Positions 20,134 to 29,453 of a DNA stretch of 59,134 nt are shown here, piece after piece. The first letter of the stretch is position 1. Each line of letters opens with the position of its first letter. Below the pieces are notes generated by a model. The model worked only from the letters and a program-made list of their open reading frames with translations. It was not told the DNA's origin and made no database searches. Both the position numbers and the translations under genes were made by a program. The stretch is from Burkholderiaceae bacterium (GTDB lineage Bacteria > Pseudomonadota > Gammaproteobacteria > Burkholderiales > Burkholderiaceae_B), in contig JAFMCG010000001.1 in the NCBI GenBank assembly GCA_017857895.1, positions 1-59,134 on the forward strand, given 5' to 3'.

Positions 20134-21567
20134 ATGTCACGGCAAAGTATTGGAATTCGTTTTGGTCAGCACTTGGCGCTGACCCCTGCTTTGCAACAAT
20201 CGATCAAGTTGTTGCAGTTGTCTTCGCTCGACCTCGAGGCCGAGGTGGCCCGAGCGCTCGATGAAAACCCCATGCTTGAGGGTGAGGTCACCGACCTTTC
20301 TTCACCAGAAGCCAGCGCACAACCCACCGTTCAAACCATTGCGGCACAAGACGTGCCTCGACCACAGGCCGAGCAAATGGCTCGTGTCGGTCAGCACCAC
20401 CGCGATGATGAGGCTGGGGAGCGACCCGAAAGCGCAGCCACTGAATCTTTGCGGGAGTATTTGCTAGGGCAGCTCGGCACCACCCGCGCCAGCGCGCGAG
20501 ATGCTGCGCTTGTTGGCCTGCTGATAGAGGATTTAAACGACGACGGCTTTTTAGAGTCCAGTTTGGTGGAGATTCAGACCATGCTCGGACCAGAACTGGA
20601 TGTCGAGCTCGATGAGCTGCAAGCCGCGCTTTCCCTGTTGCAATCGTTTGATCCTGCCGGTGTTGGCGCCCGTGACTTGGCGCAGAGCTTGTGCTTACAA
20701 CTGCAAAGGCCTGATTTTGAGTGTCTGCCAGCCTTACGCGACCCCATCGTTCTAAAAGCTGCCCAGGTCATCTGCGAAGCGCACCTCGATGTGCTCGCCT
20801 CAGGCAACATGAACCGCCTGAAGGAATTGCTTGGCTGCAGCACTGAGACGTTGCAACAAGCCCACACTTCTATCTTGCACTTAAACCCGCGCCCAGCCAG
20901 CCAATGGACACGCCCTGCCGCTGATTTTGCGGTACCTGACGTGTTGGTACGCAAAAAAAATGGTGTCTGGCAAGCCTCGCTCAATGATGCGGTTGTGCCT
21001 AAACTCAAGGTCAACACCGTTTATGCCCAAGCTTTGGGCAATCCAAGAGGTAGCGAATACGGGGCCTTGCACGACCAAGTGCAACAGGCTCGATGGCTGA
21101 TTCGTAACTTGGCACAACGCTTTGAAACCATCCTACGGGTCTCACAGGCCATCGTCACACATCAGCAACTGTTTTTTGAAGAGGGCTGGGGTGCTTTAAG
21201 GCCCCTGACATTGCGCGATATCGCTGGTGAACTTGGATTACACGAATCAACCGTTTCTCGTGCTACCACCCAAAAGTTCATGCTCACGCCCTTTGGCACA
21301 CTGGAATTAAAACGGTTTTTTGGGGCGGGTCTAGCCACCGAGGGCGGTGAGGCCACATCATCGACTGCTGTGCAGACACGAATCAAAGCACTGATCGATG
21401 GTGAAGACCGCTTAAAGCCACTTTCTGACGGTCAATTGGCCAAATTGCTTGATGAAGAAGGGGTGTCGATTGCTCGGCGCACCGTGGCCAAATATCGCGA
21501 ACTGATGCGTATACCAACGGCCTCATTACGCAAATCACACGCTCACGGTCAACGTATCGCGTCTTGA
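20134..21567 (+). CDS. rpoN: RNA polymerase sigma-54 factor
   Basis: Region I QHLALTPALQQSIKLLQLS, PAGVGARDL, HESTVSR, RpoN box ARRTVAKYRE. Start ATG 20134; the ORF-track start at 19954 overlaps the opposite gene. Confidence 0.95.
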   Translation: MSRQSIGIRFGQHLALTPALQQSIKLLQLSSLDLEAEVARALDENPMLEGEVTDLSSPEASAQPTVQTIAAQDVPRPQAEQMARVGQHHRDDEAGERPESAATESLREYLLGQLGTTRASARDAALVGLLIEDLNDDGFLESSLVEIQTMLGPELDVELDELQAALSLLQSFDPAGVGARDLAQSLCLQLQRPDFECLPALRDPIVLKAAQVICEAHLDVLASGNMNRLKELLGCSTETLQQAHTSILHLNPRPASQWTRPAADFAVPDVLVRKKNGVWQASLNDAVVPKLKVNTVYAQALGNPRGSEYGALHDQVQQARWLIRNLAQRFETILRVSQAIVTHQQLFFEEGWGALRPLTLRDIAGELGLHESTVSRATTQKFMLTPFGTLELKRFFGAGLATEGGEATSSTAVQTRIKALIDGEDRLKPLSDGQLAKLLDEEGVSIARRTVAKYRELMRIPTASLRKSHAHGQRIAS

Positions 21568-21608
21568 GCGCTGTCAAAACCAATTCATTTCTGTGCCAAA
21601 TGGCGCGA

Positions 21609-22235
21609 CTACCAGCTATTGGGTGAGGGACAGTTTTCGTCTTGGCCCCAAGCTTTGTTGGGCTCACAAAACTTCTTGCGGGCTCGCTCAATGCAGTTGG
21701 GTCGCGAGAAAAAACCCACACGGCTGCAAGCGTTGATGGCTTGGCTTAACTGCCCACGCCAATCAACAGCCGTGGGGGTCGCCGCAACAGGTGCTTTTGC
21801 CACGACTTGGGGTGGGCTAGCCGCTGGCTGAGTCGTTGTCACGTCAATGGTTGCCACATCACTTGGGCCTTGAGCCAAGCCTTGGCCCGCCGAACTCAGC
21901 ATGTCTGAAACCGTAAACGATTGATCGCCTCGGGCCAAAACCACCATGGGATCCAAAACCGTGTCAAATAAAGAAACACCTTGAACCTGCCAGTCAGTCG
22001 CCATCGGCAATGGCGGCACACCCATGCCACCATCAACCAAGGGCTGGGGTGCGAGACTCGAAATCGTCCGGCCGGCGGCATCGCGAACCAATGCCAGCCT
22101 TTGGCCCGTATTGGTTCGGGCCTCAGCCGTCACGCCAGGCGATTGGTCAACCAACCAATTGCCCAGGGCGACGCCGCCCATGGCAGAACCTGCCATCACC
22201 AACACCACAAAACCGATTAAGACGCGCCAAGACAT
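21609..22235 (-). CDS. membrane-anchored hypothetical protein with a 4-Cys C-terminal domain
   Basis: N-terminal TM segment, Pro/Ala/Thr linker, CSRVGFFSRPNC...KFC...WG...CP. Confidence 0.7.
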   Translation of the reverse strand: MSWRVLIGFVVLVMAGSAMGGVALGNWLVDQSPGVTAEARTNTGQRLALVRDAAGRTISSLAPQPLVDGGMGVPPLPMATDWQVQGVSLFDTVLDPMVVLARGDQSFTVSDMLSSAGQGLAQGPSDVATIDVTTTQPAASPPQVVAKAPVAATPTAVDWRGQLSQAINACSRVGFFSRPNCIERARKKFCEPNKAWGQDENCPSPNSW

Positions 22236-22275
22236 GTTGTGATCTTCTAAATCCTGTCAGTCGCCCGTGGGCGTT

Positions 22276-23886
22276 TTATTCAAACACCATACCACCGTGC
22301 TCGCGCATGGTGTGAAACTGTACCGCTGGATAGCGTTCTTGAACAACCCGCAACTGGGCAGGAGAACTGGCCAAATAAGCAGCCGCCTCAACCACATCAT
22401 AAGCAATCTGTGCAGCGTTCGTCTCTAAAAACTGTCGTAACACCTTGGGGTCATCCGATGTGACCCAGCGCGCCAATGTGAAGCGCGAGGGCATCATGCG
22501 TGCCGCCACGCCATATTCGCTCTGAAGGCGATGCGCCACCACCTCAAATTGCAGTGCACCCACCGCACCGAGCAGCATCGCGCCACCGGCCGCTACCGGA
22601 CGAAACACTTGGATCGCCCCTTCCTCGCCGAGCTGAGTCAAGCCAATCCGCAGTTGCTTGGTACGCAACGGGTCAGCGACTTCGACCGCTTGAAACAGCT
22701 CAGGCGCAAAGAAAGGCAACCCCTTAAAGTGCAGGGTTTCCGACTCGGTCAAGACGTCGCCTAAATGCAACACCCCATGGTTAGGGATGCCGATCACATC
22801 ACCGGCAAACGCCTCATCAACCAACTCACGTCTTTGTGACAAAAACGACACCACGTTATTGGGCCTGATTTCTTTTTTACTGCGACTGACTTTCAGGCGC
22901 ATCCCTCGGGTAAAACGACCCGAACTGACCCGCACAAAAGCAACGCGATCGCGGTGTGCCGGGTCCATGTTGGCCTGTACTTTAAAAACAACGCCTGTGA
23001 ACTCGGGCTCATCGGGCTGTACCACGCGTTCAGTCGCTGGGCGTGGGCCAGGCGGTGGCGCATAACGCACCAGGGCTTCGAGCACTTCTTGCACACCAAA
23101 ATTGTTAATCGCCGACCCAAAAAAAACCGGTGTCTGGCGTCCTTCTAAAAAGGCCTGATGATCAAAGGCTGGTGCCGCCTCTTTGATCAATTCAATCTCT
23201 TCGCGGGCTTGGGCGTAAGTGTCGGGAAAGCGTTTGGCAATCTCTGGGTTGTCTAAACCATCGATAAAGTCGTCTGCGTCGGAGCCGCGCCGGGCTTGGC
23301 CAGACTTAAACAAGCGCATTCGATCATTGGGAATATCAAACACCCCACCAAACGAGCGCCCCATACCCACCGGCCAAGAAAATGGCACGGCATCCATGCC
23401 CAAGTGTGACTCCACTTCAGCGAGCACATCCAAGGGGGGTTGGACTTCACGATCGAGCTTATTGATGAATGTGATGATTGGCGTATTGCGAGCCCGACAA
23501 ACCTCTAACAATCGAATCGTTTGCGGCTCAACACCGTTGGCCGCGTCAATCACCATGAGCGCCGCATCGACCGCTGTCAACACGCGATACGTGTCTTCAG
23601 AGAAGTCTTGGTGGCCTGGCGTGTCAAGAAGGTTAATGACACAGTCCTGGTATTCCATTTGCATCACCGAAGAGGCCACGGAAATACCGCGCTGCTTTTC
23701 GATTTCCATCCAGTCGGAAGCCGCGTGCCGAGACGCCTTACGCGCCTTGACACTGCCAGCGATTTGGATCGCACCCGCAAACAGCAGGATTTTTTCCGTT
23801 AGGGTTGTTTTACCGGCGTCTGGGTGAGAGATGATGGCAAACGTTCGCCTTCGGGCGACTTCTTCTGGAATGGATAATTGGCTCAT
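22276..23886 (-). CDS. prfC: peptide chain release factor 3
   Basis: RRTFAIISHPDAGKTT, SDWMEIEKQRGIS, DTPGHQDFSEDTYR, NKLD, GAVGALQFEV. Confidence 0.97.
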   Translation of the reverse strand: MSQLSIPEEVARRRTFAIISHPDAGKTTLTEKILLFAGAIQIAGSVKARKASRHAASDWMEIEKQRGISVASSVMQMEYQDCVINLLDTPGHQDFSEDTYRVLTAVDAALMVIDAANGVEPQTIRLLEVCRARNTPIITFINKLDREVQPPLDVLAEVESHLGMDAVPFSWPVGMGRSFGGVFDIPNDRMRLFKSGQARRGSDADDFIDGLDNPEIAKRFPDTYAQAREEIELIKEAAPAFDHQAFLEGRQTPVFFGSAINNFGVQEVLEALVRYAPPPGPRPATERVVQPDEPEFTGVVFKVQANMDPAHRDRVAFVRVSSGRFTRGMRLKVSRSKKEIRPNNVVSFLSQRRELVDEAFAGDVIGIPNHGVLHLGDVLTESETLHFKGLPFFAPELFQAVEVADPLRTKQLRIGLTQLGEEGAIQVFRPVAAGGAMLLGAVGALQFEVVAHRLQSEYGVAARMMPSRFTLARWVTSDDPKVLRQFLETNAAQIAYDVVEAAAYLASSPAQLRVVQERYPAVQFHTMREHGGMVFE

Positions 23887-23904
23887 GCGTTTTAGCGCCT
23901 GGAT

Positions 23905-25266
23905 TTATGCAACTTTTCTGGGGGTGGGTCGAGACGTCGGACGGGCGGCAGGGCGCGAATCTGCTCGGCCTTCTGTGCGGGTTCCGGCGCGAGCGGGCGA
24001 CCCTGTGTTGGATCGAGCGCCAGCTTTGGGTGCTGACCGTGGACCAGAACGCGCGCGTGGGTCGGGACGTCGGGGCGCACGCGGCGCATCGTCGATAGCA
24101 CGGGCTGCCGCTGGGCTGGGCGTCCAACCAGTCGGTGCTGGCACCTGCGTGATGGTCTGTCGTGTTAAGCGCTCAATCGCCTTGAGGTATTTCATCTCGT
24201 CAATATCGACCAACGACAAGGCGTTGCCTGCGGCCCCAGCGCGACCGGTGCGACCAATGCGGTGAACATAATCCTCTGGCATGTTGGGCAGTTCGAAATT
24301 TACCACCTGAGGTAACTGGTCAATGTCCAAGCCGCGAGCCGCAATGTCAGTGGCCACCAGAACCGAGAGCTTGCCCGACTTGAAGCCCTCAAGGGCTTTG
24401 GTTCGAGCCGCTTGGCTTTTATTGCCATGAATAGCAGCGGCCTGCAGCCCGTCTTTAACGAGTTTTTCTGCCAACCGGTTGGCGCCATGCTTGGTGCGGG
24501 TAAAGACCAACACCTGATGCCAGCCGCTTTCGCGAATGATGTGACTCAAAACATCACGCTTATGAGCCTGCGGCACCATGTGCACACTTTGTTCAACCCG
24601 TTCAGCAGTGGTGTTGCGAGGACTCACTGAGACTTCAACCGGATTATTCAACACGCCGCGCGCCAGTGTGCGAATCTCTTCCGAGAAAGTCGCAGAAAAC
24701 AAAAGATTCTGTCGCAGCTTAGGCAACAGTGCTAACACTTTGCGGATGTCACGAATAAAACCCATGTCAAGCATGCGATCGGCTTCGTCGAGCACAAAAA
24801 CTTCCACGGCTGACAAGTCGAGTGTTCTTTGTTGCACGTGATCAAGCAGGCGTCCCGGTGTGGCCACCAGCACGTCTAAAGGCTTACGCAGGGCGCTGAT
24901 CTGTGGGTTAATGTTGACACCACCAAACATCACAAATGACGACACCCGCGCGTGCTTGCCATAAGTGCGCACGGACTCTTGCACTTGGGCTGCGAGCTCA
25001 CGCGTGGGCGTCAAAATCAAAACCCGCGGCGTGCCAGACTTTTGTTGTGTCAATGGCTGGGTAATGAGGCGTTGCAAAATCGGCAAAGTAAAACCAGCGG
25101 TTTTACCAGTCCCGGTTTGCGCTGCCGCCATCAAGTCGCTGCCGGCTAGAACATGAGGGATGGCTTGCGCTTGAATCGGCGTGGGTACGGTGTAACCCTC
25201 TTCTTCGATAGCACGCAGAAGGGGTTCGGCCAGTGAAAGACTGGCAAAAGAAATTTCGGTAGACAA
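23905..25266 (-). CDS. rhlE: DEAD-box ATP-dependent RNA helicase RhlE
   Basis: [39 protein letters not shown]; TTG start after GGAG. Confidence 0.88.
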   Translation of the reverse strand: MSTEISFASLSLAEPLLRAIEEEGYTVPTPIQAQAIPHVLAGSDLMAAAQTGTGKTAGFTLPILQRLITQPLTQQKSGTPRVLILTPTRELAAQVQESVRTYGKHARVSSFVMFGGVNINPQISALRKPLDVLVATPGRLLDHVQQRTLDLSAVEVFVLDEADRMLDMGFIRDIRKVLALLPKLRQNLLFSATFSEEIRTLARGVLNNPVEVSVSPRNTTAERVEQSVHMVPQAHKRDVLSHIIRESGWHQVLVFTRTKHGANRLAEKLVKDGLQAAAIHGNKSQAARTKALEGFKSGKLSVLVATDIAARGLDIDQLPQVVNFELPNMPEDYVHRIGRTGRAGAAGNALSLVDIDEMKYLKAIERLTRQTITQVPAPTGWTPSPAAARAIDDAPRAPRRPDPRARSGPRSAPKAGARSNTGSPARAGTRTEGRADSRPAARPTSRPTPRKVA

Positions 25267-25442
25267 ATAAAAACTCCATCGCTATGCCGGTCAGCGTATT
25301 TACGCGACTCCAATCGGGGCAAGCGAAGCAAGGAGAAAGACACTCTCTTGTGTTGGGTCAGGACTGACCCGAGCATGTCATGTGGACTGGAACAAAATGA
25401 CATCGACCTTCAGTGTAACCGATCAAGTGCCTAGCGTCCGAC

Positions 25443-26834
25443 TCAGGTCGCCAACAAGGGCGATGCTGCTAAGCATTGCTGAAGGGTCAAGACCGCGTTT
25501 TGTTGCGCGCGAACAGTTGACGTATTGTCAGACCAACTTGGATGCAAACGTGCCACCGCCATGACCTTCAAAAAGACCTTTTGATCGAAGGGCTCGACAG
25601 ACTCGCCGCTCTTGTCTTGTGTGTTGACACGGTGTGATGCGGCATGGCCGCGCTGCTCAAGTGCTTTGACTAACCGCAACTGTCGAGCAGCCAACACCTG
25701 CAACACGTCATCACCCACGCGTAACGTCTCTTGACCCAAGAGCTTGGCTTTAATGCCTGACCCCCATTGGTCAACGCCTTGCCAAATGGAGCCCGCTGCC
25801 GCTCCCAACAAGGTACCCGTGCCCAGCGTGAGCCCGGCGCTAAAGACATCAATGGCAGCACCGGCTACCGCACCCACGGCGGCGCCCTTACCCACCGACA
25901 AGCCCGCCTCGGTGATGGCCTCTTTAGAAAACAAATCGGTTTGCCAGTGGCCGTCGGTTACTGGTAGCTCGCTAGCGGTGTAATCGTCTGGGGCAAACGC
26001 GAACAGCGCCAACAAGTCTGTCACACAGCGTTGCTCAAGATGCCGCACCCGAGCTTGTTGCTCTCGTTGTCCTGCCGTCACAGTTTGCGGATCATTGGCA
26101 ACAGTCACTGTCAACGCCGCAACCCGCACGCACAACTGCGCAATCCGCTCGAGTGCCGCTACTCGGCGCTCGCCTTTAAACTTGGCCGCTTGTTGACTCA
26201 AGGCTTGCAGCGTCGGGCGCGCTTGAGCCAACACTTGCGCCAAGGTGTCAAAAAGCAACTGCTCACCATCACTTGGTGGGCTGACCGAATCAAACGCGAC
26301 GTAAATATGAATCCCTAGTCGGGCAAACGCCTCAACCCAAGGTTGTGCCTGTGCCTGACCGCTGGCCGTGAAATTTAAAACGGGCAAAACCGGTTTGGCA
26401 CACCACTGCAGCAAGCGCAGCTCATCACGGTGTTTGGCCAACACTGTGTCACGCACATCAACCACGTAAAGCACGGCGTCGCTTTGGGTGATCTGCGCGA
26501 GAACCCGGTGCTCTTGCTCAAAGCGTTGGCTGGCTTGCGGGTCTTGCAAGAACTGGGCGATTCGGTCGGGGCCGTCTAACCGATGCCCCGGTGCCGTTAG
26601 TTGAGCTGCCCAGTCGTACAAGGCGATGCTGTCCTCTAAACCAGGGGTATCAAACCAAACCAATGCGTCACGGTTTTCTAGTGTGACGGTTGCCGCTTGT
26701 ACGTGCCGGGTGGTACCTGCTGAATCAGCCACCTCACCAAACAATCGGTCACGTGTCAGGGTTCGCAACAGGGACGTTTTACCGGTGTTGGTGTGGCCGA
26801 CAATGGCAATCCGTAGTGCGTCAGCCTCAGTCAT
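25443..26834 (-). CDS. P-loop GTPase (MMR_HSR1-like) with DUF3482 C-terminal domain
   Basis: G1 GHTNTGKTS, G2 GTTRH, G3 DTPG, atypical G4 VLNF, C-terminal glycine-zipper hydrophobic hairpin. Confidence 0.8.
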   Translation of the reverse strand: MTEADALRIAIVGHTNTGKTSLLRTLTRDRLFGEVADSAGTTRHVQAATVTLENRDALVWFDTPGLEDSIALYDWAAQLTAPGHRLDGPDRIAQFLQDPQASQRFEQEHRVLAQITQSDAVLYVVDVRDTVLAKHRDELRLLQWCAKPVLPVLNFTASGQAQAQPWVEAFARLGIHIYVAFDSVSPPSDGEQLLFDTLAQVLAQARPTLQALSQQAAKFKGERRVAALERIAQLCVRVAALTVTVANDPQTVTAGQREQQARVRHLEQRCVTDLLALFAFAPDDYTASELPVTDGHWQTDLFSKEAITEAGLSVGKGAAVGAVAGAAIDVFSAGLTLGTGTLLGAAAGSIWQGVDQWGSGIKAKLLGQETLRVGDDVLQVLAARQLRLVKALEQRGHAASHRVNTQDKSGESVEPFDQKVFLKVMAVARLHPSWSDNTSTVRAQQNAVLTLQQCLAASPLLAT

Positions 26835-28197
26835 TCATTGTCATCCATTGCAAGGCGCTTGGCCATTCAAGTAGGGGTTTGCCAAGACCGATCGCTTGAA
26901 GCTTGTCTTGCCACTGAGTCGTTCTATTGCGTGCGCCACCGGCGGGCTTGAGATACACCCGCGCACTCCCCGTGAGCGGCGTTAAAGCAAGGATGGTGTT
27001 GAGCAACCCCCGATCCGGTGTTTGCTGGGCATCAACAACGATCAGCAGGTGACTGGGCGCCAGCGATTGCAGCTGAACCAACGCTTCTTGTCGTGAGCTG
27101 CGATCATCGATCGGGGCCAATACGTGAACCGCATCGGTCAGAGCCGCCCGTGACTCATCGAGCCAAACAGTTTCCAATGGAATCGCCGCACGCGTGTCGC
27201 GACATTTTTGAGGCGAAAGAAATACCGCTTGCGGCCATTGATCCAACTGACCGGGTGGGCCGTCGACTGAGATGGTTCGTGCGGCCTTGTCTAAGCGCTC
27301 TTGGACCAATAATGCATAAGCGTCTTTGGGTAGTGGTTCAACCTTGGCATAGCAGCGCCGCAAAAAGTACGCGCTGATCATTAAGGCGAGCAATCGTGGC
27401 AACAACCCCCATACAAATACCGCCCCCACCAACCAATGTGCCCATTGCGTTCGAACAGTCGACTGATCAATGGCCTGGTTACCACTGATCAATATGGTCT
27501 GTGCCTCTGGCACGTTAAACCCCAACCAAGCCGGGACGGCACTGATCGCTTGGGCCAACTCGACAAACACCGTGGCTTCAAGCCAAGTGGTTTGCCACAC
27601 GAAGGTGTAGTGCCGCAAGCTAAAAGCCACGAGTAGCGCCAGCAAGGCACCAGCCAACGTGGCAACCCAGAGGCTGTGCGTGACAACCGCCAGCCACCAT
27701 CGCGTGGCTTGCCGTTGTTCGGCCACGTTTAACCAAGCCCGCCAAGCCCGAGCAGCTTTGCCCTGGCTTAACCAACGGTTGGCCACCCACTCCCAAGCTT
27801 GCCCCAGCCAACCACCTTTGGCCTGAGGCAATAACCAAGAAACAATCCACAGTAGCAAAGACAGCGTGGGCACGAGCAGCACCGCCAAAAGCGCCCAAAT
27901 CACATTGACGGGTTCACCAACATCACCCAAGGCAGCGAGCCCAGCGCTAAGACCAAGCACGAAGGCTAGCAGCCCCATAGCCATGGCGCTCGTTCTAAGT
28001 GTTGATGACACGCGCTGCATGGTATCGGCTGCGGCCAAGCCAGGTCCAAGCAGCTGAGCCCGTCGCCACAAACGGGGCAAGCCACTGTCAGTCTGCTGGA
28101 CAGCCTCTCGGTTGGCGAGCGTATCGTTAAGCCACGTCGATTCCGACTCGTTTAACCGAACCAATTCGTAGCGCCAGGCATCATCCAAATGTTGCAT
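26827..28197 (-). CDS. DUF2868 family multi-pass membrane protein
   Basis: VNVIW, H..W, YTFVWQTTWL, WGLLPR, TPDRG motifs; overlaps the GTPase start by 8 nt. Confidence 0.78.
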   Translation of the reverse strand: MQHLDDAWRYELVRLNESESTWLNDTLANREAVQQTDSGLPRLWRRAQLLGPGLAAADTMQRVSSTLRTSAMAMGLLAFVLGLSAGLAALGDVGEPVNVIWALLAVLLVPTLSLLLWIVSWLLPQAKGGWLGQAWEWVANRWLSQGKAARAWRAWLNVAEQRQATRWWLAVVTHSLWVATLAGALLALLVAFSLRHYTFVWQTTWLEATVFVELAQAISAVPAWLGFNVPEAQTILISGNQAIDQSTVRTQWAHWLVGAVFVWGLLPRLLALMISAYFLRRCYAKVEPLPKDAYALLVQERLDKAARTISVDGPPGQLDQWPQAVFLSPQKCRDTRAAIPLETVWLDESRAALTDAVHVLAPIDDRSSRQEALVQLQSLAPSHLLIVVDAQQTPDRGLLNTILALTPLTGSARVYLKPAGGARNRTTQWQDKLQAIGLGKPLLEWPSALQWMTMND

Positions 28198-28243
28198 GCG
28201 CCGATTGTAGTGCGCACGGCTCGCACAAGGGCAAGACGAACGG

Positions 28244-29431
28244 TCATTTCTTATCCAACCGCCACTGTTTGAACAACACCACCGCAGTCACGAGCAACAC
28301 GCCGGCGGCCAGTAATAAGCTAAGCGACAGCCGCTCGCCCAATCCCATCACAAACAAAGGGCCAAACAGCTGGCCAGTTGCAAAAGCGGTGGTCAGGCGC
28401 GCCATCCAAATGGGGGCTTGTTGCCCCCCATGGCGTTGCGCCTCCTGCATGGCCAAAAGCGTGATAACCACAAAGGTTCCACCAACGGCCATTGCCGCCA
28501 AAACGATGGCCACCAAATTGGGTAAGAAAACCGGTAAAACCACGCCAATCGCCATCAATACATGGGCACCTACCCACGTGGGTAGTCGGCCAAAGTGATG
28601 CGCCAAAGCCGCTGCCAACAATGTCGATACGGCGGCCGCCAAGCCAAACACCGGCCACGCCAAGCTGTAAATCCAGCTTTCTTGTAGCAGGATGCGGGCT
28701 TGTGCTGGCAAGTAGGTGGCAGGCAAGATGTAACCAAAACCATAGAGTCCATAGCAAATCACCAACCGCCACAAACGGGGCTGATCAACGGCACTGCCCG
28801 CTCGGGCGTTGTGCGTGGCATTCACATCGGTCGAATTGTTATTTGGCGGGTGGGGGCTTGGGGCAATATTGGGGAATCGACGCCAAACAACCGATCCCAA
28901 GGCCGCGCAAAGTAGCGCCAAAATGCCCCAGGCGAACGACGAACTGAAGTTTGATGCAACCAATGCCAAGCAAACCAGACCACCGAGTGCAATACCAGTG
29001 CCCACACCACTAAAAACCCAGCCAACCAAGGCTGGTCGCGTGTTCAGTTGGGGCAAGCAAAGGATTGAGAGCATCACCATGACCCAGGCACTCGCCACGC
29101 CAGTGATCAAACGCAAAACCGCCCACCACCACAGTTGATCGGTAAAAGCCATCAGTGCCATGCCAACGACGATCAACCCAATGGCTAAGCGCGCAAAAAA
29201 CACAGGCTGATGCCGCAACCGCGCTGCTGTCAGCCCACCGATGAGATAACCGACTAAGTTAACCAATGCCAGCAAGCTGCCATCGGCGAGCGACAGGCCT
29301 TGGTCGGCTTGCATCATGGGTAAGATCGCGGTGTAAGCAAAACGTCCGATGCCAATGGCCAAGGCCAAACCCGCCAGCCCAGCTAAGGCGACACCTATCT
29401 GGCGACGATCGTTGAGGCTATCGGTCTGCAT
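28244..29431 (-). CDS. YbfB/YjiJ family MFS transporter
   Basis: GIGRFAYTAILP, N..GYL.G, GFGYILPATYLP, GGTFV; about 12 TM helices. Confidence 0.85.
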   Translation of the reverse strand: MQTDSLNDRRQIGVALAGLAGLALAIGIGRFAYTAILPMMQADQGLSLADGSLLALVNLVGYLIGGLTAARLRHQPVFFARLAIGLIVVGMALMAFTDQLWWWAVLRLITGVASAWVMVMLSILCLPQLNTRPALVGWVFSGVGTGIALGGLVCLALVASNFSSSFAWGILALLCAALGSVVWRRFPNIAPSPHPPNNNSTDVNATHNARAGSAVDQPRLWRLVICYGLYGFGYILPATYLPAQARILLQESWIYSLAWPVFGLAAAVSTLLAAALAHHFGRLPTWVGAHVLMAIGVVLPVFLPNLVAIVLAAMAVGGTFVVITLLAMQEAQRHGGQQAPIWMARLTTAFATGQLFGPLFVMGLGERLSLSLLLAAGVLLVTAVVLFKQWRLDKK

Positions 29432-29453
29432 GCCTCAGAGGTTAGTACTAATT

